A stretch of 63,956 nucleotides of DNA, filler included. It is 5 parts of 5 records of this genome, joined end to end, with 100 filler letters (N's around TTAATTAATTAA, not from the genome) between each part and the next. Parts side by side here need not be neighbours in the genome. Positions count along the whole stretch, not along the records: positions 1 to 14,972 come from SRR31156797_23281; positions 15,073 to 26,521 come from SRR31156797_23323; 3 more parts are not named here. One strand, given 5' to 3'. Below are positions 10,025 to 18,000 of the stretch, piece by piece. Under the pieces are notes generated by a model that was given only the letters and a program-made list of their open reading frames with translations, was not told the origin of the DNA and made no database searches. Both the position numbers and the translations under genes were made by a program. Position 1 is the first letter of the stretch. Each line of letters begins with the position of its first letter.

Positions 10025-11758
10025 ATGATAGATAAAAATTGGATTAGGCCAGCTATTGCTGCCATTTTTGTGCTTTTTGGAGTAATATACATTGAAAAAC
10101 TGAATAGTGATATTAAATTATTAAATATGGAAGTCTCTAAGTTAAGTGTTTTAACAACAGAAATTGCTAAATCAAAGGCAAGAGTAGAAGAGATAATGAA
10201 TTTTTCTCAAAACAGTTCAGGTAAAGATTTAGATAGAGCAAATGAAATTCTAATTAATTTAAATAAAAAACTTAGTAATGACAAAATGAAATCATCAGAT
10301 TTTTTTACTGAAAATGAAATTCCTAAAATACTGAATCATATAAGTTCTAAAGAAAAAATAGTAATTAATACTAAAAGTGATAAAATTAAAATTATTAGAT
10401 CAATCTTGTCACAAAGAAAATTTGTATTTAGGCTTGTAGTAATACTTTCAACTTTATTTATTATTTTGGAGATATTGTTATTTATTATTAATAGTAAAAA
10501 AGTCAAAAGATATCTTAAAAATTTATCATACAAAAAATATAATTTTGAAACAAAACTTGGATTATCGCCATTTCAAAATGGAAATATTAAAGAAATAGAA
10601 GAAGTTAGAAGAAATTTGAAAATACTTGACCAGGCGATAGGAGTTACATTAAAAGGTTATGGTATAGATGAAACCATAAGAGAGATCTATTATGATGAAA
10701 AATTTAAAGAATATTTAAAATTTGATAGAATAGGTTTTGCAACTATACTTAATGATGTAGTTGTTGCTGAAATAAGCTATTCATTTACTAAAAATTTAAA
10801 ATTAAATAAAGGGTATTCAACAGCTTTAAAAGAATCAAAATCTCTTATGGAAGTTAAAGCTAGTAAAGATGTAAGAATAATAAATGATTTACAGGAACAT
10901 TATAATAATAATCCTAATTCGGAATCAACAAAATTAATACTTGATGAAGGATTTAAATCAAGCTTGACAGCTCCGGTAATATCAGAAAATAATGAAGTTG
11001 TCGGATTTTTATTCTTCTCTTCAATTGAAAAAAATTCATTTAATAAAATTGATAAAGAAAGAATTAGATCAATTACAAATATCTTGGGTTATGTATTATC
11101 AAAGCATATGCTTATAGATGATTTAATAACAAATACAGCAGTTTCTTTTGTGAAATTAGTTGAAGGAAAAGACCCGGAAACGTCAAATCACTTAGAGCGG
11201 ATGGCAATGTATAGTAGAATTATAGCGGAAGAATTAAATGAAAAAGGTGCTTATTCAGAAGAGATTGATTTCCTATTTATAGAGGGGATATATAAATTTG
11301 CAGCTCTTCATGATATAGGGAAAGTAGGTGTTCCGGACAATATTTTATTAAAACCGGGAAAACTTACAAAAGAGGAGTTTGAAATAATGAAAGGACACTC
11401 TTCAATTGGTGCTAAAGTTCTTTCAGATTTTGATAATAATTTGAGCAAATATGAGAGAGGTTTCTTTAATCTAGCTAGAAGAATAGCTGTATCTCACCAT
11501 GAAAAATGGGATGGTAGTGGATATCCTAATGGAATTAGTGGTAAGAGAATACCGTTAGCAGCCAGAATAGTTAGTATTGCAGATGTATTTGATGCATTAG
11601 CAAGTAAAAGAGTTTATAAAGAAGCTTTTCCTTTTGATGAGTGTGTTGAAATAATAAAAAGTTTATCAGGAACAAGTTTTGATCCTGAAGTAGTAGATGC
11701 ATTTATTAGATCCAGAAAAAAAATATTAGCTGTTTATGATAGATTAAAAGATATTTAG
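10025..11758 (+). CDS. Membrane-anchored GAF + HD-GYP c-di-GMP phosphodiesterase
   Basis: Two TM segments, a GAF-like region, ET..H..R, LHDIGK, HHEKWDGSGYP, ADVFDAL. Confidence 0.88.
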   Translation: MIDKNWIRPAIAAIFVLFGVIYIEKLNSDIKLLNMEVSKLSVLTTEIAKSKARVEEIMNFSQNSSGKDLDRANEILINLNKKLSNDKMKSSDFFTENEIPKILNHISSKEKIVINTKSDKIKIIRSILSQRKFVFRLVVILSTLFIILEILLFIINSKKVKRYLKNLSYKKYNFETKLGLSPFQNGNIKEIEEVRRNLKILDQAIGVTLKGYGIDETIREIYYDEKFKEYLKFDRIGFATILNDVVVAEISYSFTKNLKLNKGYSTALKESKSLMEVKASKDVRIINDLQEHYNNNPNSESTKLILDEGFKSSLTAPVISENNEVVGFLFFSSIEKNSFNKIDKERIRSITNILGYVLSKHMLIDDLITNTAVSFVKLVEGKDPETSNHLERMAMYSRIIAEELNEKGAYSEEIDFLFIEGIYKFAALHDIGKVGVPDNILLKPGKLTKEEFEIMKGHSSIGAKVLSDFDNNLSKYERGFFNLARRIAVSHHEKWDGSGYPNGISGKRIPLAARIVSIADVFDALASKRVYKEAFPFDECVEIIKSLSGTSFDPEVVDAFIRSRKKILAVYDRLKDI

Positions 11759-11766
11759 GGGAAAAT

Positions 11767-12255
11767 ATGAATTATAAAATTAGTATTTTGAAAAATATTG
11801 ATGAAGAGCAATTACTTGAAATAAATGAGTTATGTAGAGAGTGCTTTGATGAATTTGTAGGTGTAGAATATTCACAAAAAGGAAGAGATACATTTTATAC
11901 TTTTTCATCAGTGGAAAATCTGAAAAAACTAATAAATTTTGGCGAGCTGCTAATAATGGCTAAGTTTGAAGATGAATTGTCAGGTTTTATCTGTAGTGCA
12001 AAGGGAAAAAAACATATTGCATTACTATTTGTAAAAAAGAAGTATCACAGACAAGGAATCGCAAAATCTCTTTTAGCTGCGTTTTTAGACGAAATTAATG
12101 AGCAAAGCTTAAAAAAGACAAAAGAAATTACGGTAAATTCATCTCCATACGCTGTTCAAGCGTATGAAAAACTAGGCTTTGTAGCAATTGGAGAAAAAAC
12201 AAAAGGCGAAGATAGCGGTATAATTGCTATTCCGATGAAGTACGTAATAAAATAA
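11767..12255 (+). CDS. GNAT acetyltransferase
   Basis: LFV..YHRQGIAKSLL; VNSSPYAVQAYEKLGF. Confidence 0.85.
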   Translation: MNYKISILKNIDEEQLLEINELCRECFDEFVGVEYSQKGRDTFYTFSSVENLKKLINFGELLIMAKFEDELSGFICSAKGKKHIALLFVKKKYHRQGIAKSLLAAFLDEINEQSLKKTKEITVNSSPYAVQAYEKLGFVAIGEKTKGEDSGIIAIPMKYVIK

Positions 12256-12322
12256 CTTTCTTGTTAGAAATGTGTAATTTTTTTTGAATATTGTATTTTT
12301 TATCGTATAATTAAATAGGGGA

Positions 12323-12352
12323 AAAATAGAGGATTGCAAAGTCCTCTATTTT
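12323..12352 (+). terminator. Hairpin terminator
   Basis: AAAATAGAGGAT-TGCAAA-GTCCTCTATTTT. Confidence 0.6.
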
Positions 12353-12501
12353 ATTATAGTATGGGAAAGTATAAATTTGTGACTTTTTAAAAGTCCGACT
12401 TTATATATATTGAGAAAATATAAATTTGAGTTATGTTTGCAATATGCCGGAGAGGGCAATTTGTAAGACGTTTTCTTATATAATCTTAATGGGAGGTTGT
12501 T

Positions 12502-13014
12502 ATGATATTAAAAGGGGAAAGAATAAATTTAATATCTCTTAGTATTAATGAATTACTTGAAATCTTAAGTAATAAAGAAAATTTTATTAAAGCAGATTTA
12601 TCTGATTATGAAATAAGTGAAGTTCAAAATGGAGCGATTAAAATTAAAATAACTAAAATGCAAAGAGTTAATAAAGAGTTGCATGATTGGTTCACATATT
12701 GGGTGATTCAAAATAGAGAAACGAAAAAAGGAATGGGATTAATCGGTTATAAAGGAATAACTTTTCTTAAAGAAGCAGAAGTGGGTTACGGACTTGATGA
12801 AAAGTATCGTAGAAAAGGTTATATGGGTGAAGCATTGAAATTATTATCTGAATGGGCTTTTTCTCAAAAAAACTGCAGAAAAATAACCGCAACAAAAGTT
12901 CTCAAAGATAATTTTGGCTCACAAAAAGTACTTGAAAAAAATGGATTTGAGCGAATAAGCGAATCTGCCGAAGCTTATGATTACATAAAGTTAAAGAAAA
13001 AAATATTCTTATAA
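12502..13014 (+). CDS. RimJ/RimL-type GNAT acetyltransferase
   Basis: EVGYGL...YRRKGYMGEAL; N.GSQKVLEKNGF. Confidence 0.85.
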   Translation: MILKGERINLISLSINELLEILSNKENFIKADLSDYEISEVQNGAIKIKITKMQRVNKELHDWFTYWVIQNRETKKGMGLIGYKGITFLKEAEVGYGLDEKYRRKGYMGEALKLLSEWAFSQKNCRKITATKVLKDNFGSQKVLEKNGFERISESAEAYDYIKLKKKIFL

Positions 13015-13037
13015 GTGTCTATACTATAGGGGGATAG

Positions 13038-13565
13038 ATGGAAATACGTGAAGCACTATACAACGATATTGATGGTATAATTGATGTGAATATTGCTACT
13101 TGGTTTACGGCATATAGAGGAATTATAAAAGATGAAACTCTTCAAAAACGTGTAGCAAGAAGAGAAAAACAAATAAAAAATGATAAAGAAACTTATCCGG
13201 TAAAAATAGTTGACGGAGAAGAAGCTACTCAAATAGTAGCAGTTGAAAATAATAAAGTAATTGCTTTTATAAATTTCGGTAAATGTCGTGAGGAAAATAA
13301 ATTTAATCTAAAAGATGCCGGAGAAATTTATGCATTTTATGTATTGCAGGAATATCAGGGAATCGGAATAGGTAAAAAGTTATTTAAAAGAGCTATTAAT
13401 AATTTAAAAGAGAAATACTCTCAAATACTGATTTGGTGCCTGAAAGAAAATAAAACAGTTGAATTTTATAAATATATGGGTGCTAAAGCTGTATTGGAAA
13501 GAGAGATAAATATAAATAGTCAAACACTAGATGAGTTAGGTTTTGTTTATGAGATGTTAAGTTAA
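13038..13565 (+). CDS. GNAT acetyltransferase
   Basis: GEIYAFYVLQEYQGIGIGKKL; WCLKEN...FYKYMG. Confidence 0.85.
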   Translation: MEIREALYNDIDGIIDVNIATWFTAYRGIIKDETLQKRVARREKQIKNDKETYPVKIVDGEEATQIVAVENNKVIAFINFGKCREENKFNLKDAGEIYAFYVLQEYQGIGIGKKLFKRAINNLKEKYSQILIWCLKENKTVEFYKYMGAKAVLEREININSQTLDELGFVYEMLS

Positions 13566-13587
13566 TTTTAAAATAGAGGAAGAACAG

Positions 13588-14778
13588 ATGTTCTGGAAAG
13601 GAAAGTCTATGAAATATGATTTGGATAAGATAGTAGAAAGAAAAGGAACCAATTCGGTAAAATGGGAATTTATAAAGGGAGGAAAAGCAAATCATTTGCT
13701 TCCACTATGGGTTGCAGATATGGATTTTGAATGTGCCGAACCAATTAGAAGAGCACTTCATGACAGAGTTGATAAAGAGATATTTGGTTATACGATAGCA
13801 ATGGACGGTTATTATGACTCAGTAGTTAACTGGTTTGCTAGGAGATTTGAATGGAAAATAAATAAAGAGGATATTATAATTGCTCCGGGAGTTGTACCTG
13901 CTTTAGGATTTTTAATTAGATCATTTACAAGAGAAGGAGACGGAGTTATCATTCAGAAACCTGTTTATTATCCTTTCTCTAATATGATAGAGAATAATGA
14001 CAGAAAAATAGTGAATAATGCTCTTATATATGAAGATGGAAAATACTCGATAGATTTTGATGATCTAGAGAAAAAAGCAAAAAAATATAAGAATAAGATG
14101 TTAATTCTGTGTAGTCCGCATAATCCGGTTGGAAGAGTTTGGACAGAAGGAGAGCTAACTAAGATTGCTCAAATTTGCCTGAAGCATGATGTAATACTTG
14201 TATCTGATGAAGTTCACTGCGATCTTATTAGAGACGATATAGATTTCATACCAATGGCGAAACTGGTTGATAGTGAAAGAATAATCTCATGTACAGCTCC
14301 AAGTAAAACATTTAATTTAGCTGGTCTGAAAACAGCAAATATAATAGCAAAAAAAGGAATTGTACAGAATAAACTTAGAAAAGAGATATTTGATATTACA
14401 GGATTATTTGGAATAAACAGTTTAAGTATAAGTGCAATAGAAGCAGCGTATAATGAAGGTGAAGAGTGGTTAGAACAGGTTAATGAATATATAGATGCTA
14501 ATTTGAAATTCACAGCAGAATTTGTGAAAGAGAATTTTCCTAAAGCGAAGCTTATTCCGGCAGAAGGAACTTATTTTGCATGGATTGATTTTAAGGAATA
14601 TGGACTTAGCCATAATCAATTGGAAAAATTAATGACAGAAAAAGCAGAAGTTGCATTGAATGAAGGATATATCTTCGGAGAAGAAGGAAAAGGTTTTGAA
14701 AGAATTAATGTTGCATGTCCGAGAAGTATTCTGGAAGACTGTTTGAATAGAATGAAAGAAGCAATTTCAAGTCTATAA
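13588..14778 (+). CDS. patB: MalY/PatB-family PLP-dependent C-S lyase
   Basis: SVKW, PLWVADMDF, LCSPHNPVGRVW, SDEVH, APSKTFNLAG, RINVACPR. Confidence 0.9.
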   Translation: MFWKGKSMKYDLDKIVERKGTNSVKWEFIKGGKANHLLPLWVADMDFECAEPIRRALHDRVDKEIFGYTIAMDGYYDSVVNWFARRFEWKINKEDIIIAPGVVPALGFLIRSFTREGDGVIIQKPVYYPFSNMIENNDRKIVNNALIYEDGKYSIDFDDLEKKAKKYKNKMLILCSPHNPVGRVWTEGELTKIAQICLKHDVILVSDEVHCDLIRDDIDFIPMAKLVDSERIISCTAPSKTFNLAGLKTANIIAKKGIVQNKLRKEIFDITGLFGINSLSISAIEAAYNEGEEWLEQVNEYIDANLKFTAEFVKENFPKAKLIPAEGTYFAWIDFKEYGLSHNQLEKLMTEKAEVALNEGYIFGEEGKGFERINVACPRSILEDCLNRMKEAISSL

Positions 14779-14804
14779 TATTTGAAAAATAGAAAGGGGA
14801 AAAT

Positions 14805-14972
14805 ATGATCTTTAGGCACATACCTTTGTATAGATTTCTAATGTTATGTGAAGAGGAAGAAAAATCAGGAAAAACAATACTTGATTGTGGTGCAGGTGGA
14901 AACATGCCGCCACTTAGTTTATTCGCAGATCACGGGTTCCAAACAACTGGAATTGAGTTTGATGAAAATCAA
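14805..14972 (+). CDS. Class I SAM-dependent methyltransferase, partial at contig end
   Basis: ILDCGAGG motif I; runs into the N linker. Confidence 0.7.
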
Positions 14973-15072
14973 NNNNNNNNNNNNNNNNNNNNNNNNNNNN
15001 NNNNNNNNNNNNNNNNTTAATTAATTAANNNNNNNNNNNNNNNNNNNNNNNNNNNNNNNNNNNNNNNNNNNN
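14973..15072. other. Artificial contig linker
   Basis: 44 N + TTAATTAATTAA + 44 N; base composition changes across it. Confidence 0.98.
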
Positions 15073-18000
15073 TTCGGGTGTCCATACCTTTGGATTTCGG
15101 CCGTGATAAGGTCCTGAAGCTCAAGACGTATACTCTCAGCGTCCATGTTGTCCGGGTCCTGGGCAAGATTCGCATACCTGCCGATCATTCCGCCGACCAG
15201 GGACCCGCGCCATATCTGTTCCCGGTATTTTTCTTGGGGCTGAGACATAGCAAGTTCGACGCTGTTCTTTTGCAGGGGAGAAAGCAGGTCCGGGAAAGAT
15301 TTGTAGATACTGAATGCCTGTTTTGCCGTGAGTTTCAGGCTGGTTTTTTGGGATTCCAGGATGGCTTTCAACTCTTGAATGGTTCCGGCGCCGTACTTTG
15401 CAGATTCCAAAACCATGCTTTCATCTTTTTCAATGGCAATCTTGATCCAATCGCCATTCTGGAATTCGTACTCGCTTCCATTGATAATCCGCCGGTCACC
15501 ATTGGCATGGTGCTTTTCGGCCGGCTCCGCAATTTCCAGGGCTTCCCAATCAATACGGCTGTCAAATCGTATCGCCAATTTTTTCTTTAAGGATTCATTG
15601 TCAATATCGCCGTCAACCGTTTCACGGGACCACCGATCACCGGGGACCTTGGGCGTGTATTTCCCCATGATGAACTTCCGGCCTTCTCCCTGCCAGTACA
15701 TGCCGGATATGAATTCATCCCAAAGAATGTTTGATTCCTGAAGGGTTTCGAGTACCAGGGCCTCTATCTTTTCCAAAAGGCTTTCAGGGTGTTTTTTGAA
15801 AATCACGATATCGGTAACTGTGTCGGTCCCCTGGGCACTGAAAGTCTTTGACGGCAGTTTATGGGCCCCAAGGAATTCTGCTTTTTTGCTGACAGCTGTT
15901 CGCCACTGTTCCCACTTTCCGCCCTTGGCGCCCACAATGTTGATAGGCGCTACAAAACAAGCCAGCTTCCCGGGTTTGATCTTATCCAGGGCTCGAAGGA
16001 TGAAGTATCTTTCAATTCTCTTCTCAGCCTTGTAAGCGGGATCCTCATGAGCCGCGGCCCCACGGGCGCTACCGAAAGGAACATTCGCGATTACACCGTC
16101 AAAGGTGTTATCAGGGGTGTTTACGGCCACCAGCTCGAATGACTTATTTTCAATCAGGTCATCCGGGTTCAGAAGCTGGGCCACCTGTGAGCCCACGGGA
16201 TCCAGATCACAACCGGTAATGACTGACCCTTCCGGTTTGGTTCCAGAGAAGACGCCTGGGCCTGAGCATGGGTCCAAGATATTACCATTTGCAAAGCCAT
16301 TGGCTTTCATGGCATCCCAGAGACCTTCCGCCACATGGGTAGGCGTGTAATATTCATACTGGGAGTTGTCGGTCAGGCCACCCTTCCCTGAGTATTGTCT
16401 CAGAATGTTGATTTCTTCAGGCGTAAGCTTGGAAGCGTCCTTGCCGACCCGGGCAAGGATCTCTTTGGATTTCGCGTTCAGCTTTTCACGGGTCTTGATG
16501 CCACGGGATTTCAGTCCGTAATCGCTGTTTTCAAATTTGCGATCGTTTTTTTTTGGACTACCAAAAAGGCGGGAGAAGATGGCCTCAATATCCTTGATGG
16601 TTGCGGCCGCCATGATGTCCTCGACCCATGGGTTCGCGGCGGATCTTTCAAAGATCATTCCTTCTTTTTCGGTTCCGCCGGCCACTTCATCTTGGGTTCG
16701 TCGGACTCCGCCTGATTCGCTTCCTCCACCGCTTTGATCATTATTTCTTGCAGCTTCGAAAAGCCCTTTTTGTTTTCCGCCATAATAATCGTCCTCTACT
16801 TTCTGAATTGCTCTTGAAATGACTTCGCTCGGTGTGGGGTCCGGTTCTTTCCCGAAAAGCGTTTCCTGATTTTCGTTTGCAAGGTGGGTCTTCAGGAGCT
16901 TCGCCGCTTCCTTGAAAACACGCCCCATTCGCTTGCCGCTTCGGACATTCTGGTCAATGAATTTCGAAAAGGTCGCCGTCCCCTCCGGGATCTCTTCAAA
17001 CATGCCGATCTGTGCAAGCATGCCATCTATGGAAATCTTTTGATCCCTGCTTTTCTGGATCAGCTTCATTGCACCAATGGCGTGTGAAGGGATGTTGATG
17101 CCCCCAAGGTCCATATCAAACCCTTTGCACTTGGAGAATTCACCGGCTGAAAAGGTGAGGGCGTTCAAGACATTTCTTAATTTCGGGTCAGCTTCTTCAG
17201 CCATCAAAGCCAAAAGCGAATCGTCATCATAGGCTTTCTGGAAAATGGCCGCCTGTATCCGGTCAATCAACTGCTTTGTGGCTCGGCCGTCCTCAGTCAA
17301 ATACCCGGTTGCTTCATTGACACCCATTTTTGAAATGAATTTCTTGACAAAATCAGCATTGGAGGAAGCATTGATATTCCCGTCTTCTGACGGCTCGAAA
17401 ATGGCAAGGTCTGCATCGGTCAGATTTTCCGCATCCATCCGGGCCAGTTCCGCCGGGCTCATCTTGGCAATTTCATCTTTGTTCGCGTCTTCCGCGAATT
17501 TGGCGCGGTCTTCCACTTCGGAAGTCCTGATTCTCACCAGGATCGGACGCTCCATGGCCTCGATATCGGCCGGCTGAATGCCAAACTGAGAAGCGTTATC
17601 AATCAACCATTCCCGGTATTCCTGCCCCTTTGGGCCATTGGCGTAGGCTTTCCTCAAAGCGATGGTCCGGCCGTTCCCGGATTCCACGGCCAGGTCCGGG
17701 CCAACAATGGGCGCCCCGGAAGAGGCCAGGGGAGATTGACCCATACGTTCCGGATTCAGCTTGTTCGCCATTTCTTCAACCTGCATCCTCATGGCGTCAC
17801 GGTCCCGTTGCCTGGGCTGTATTTCCTGAGGATAGGTCTCGTCTTTGGCTAAATCGTCGGAATGGGATGTCTTGATATTTCCAATTTCCAGAACGGCATA
17901 CTGCGTATCCACTGATGTATTATCATGTAGAAAAGCCTTAGCGTTTTTCCCTTTTATCTTGACATTTTGGACTGTTTCGCCTATGTCTGAGTCATCAGGA

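Noticed and set aside
12360-12480. Imperfect AT-rich hairpins upstream of the RimJ-type GNAT gene
   Set aside because: Weak stems are expected at this AT content, and no riboswitch consensus was recognised.
17344-17372. Further TTGACA on the + strand inside the polyprotein (also near 18763)
   Set aside because: No -10 box at 16-18 bp and no clear downstream hairpin or gene; both lie within conserved domains.
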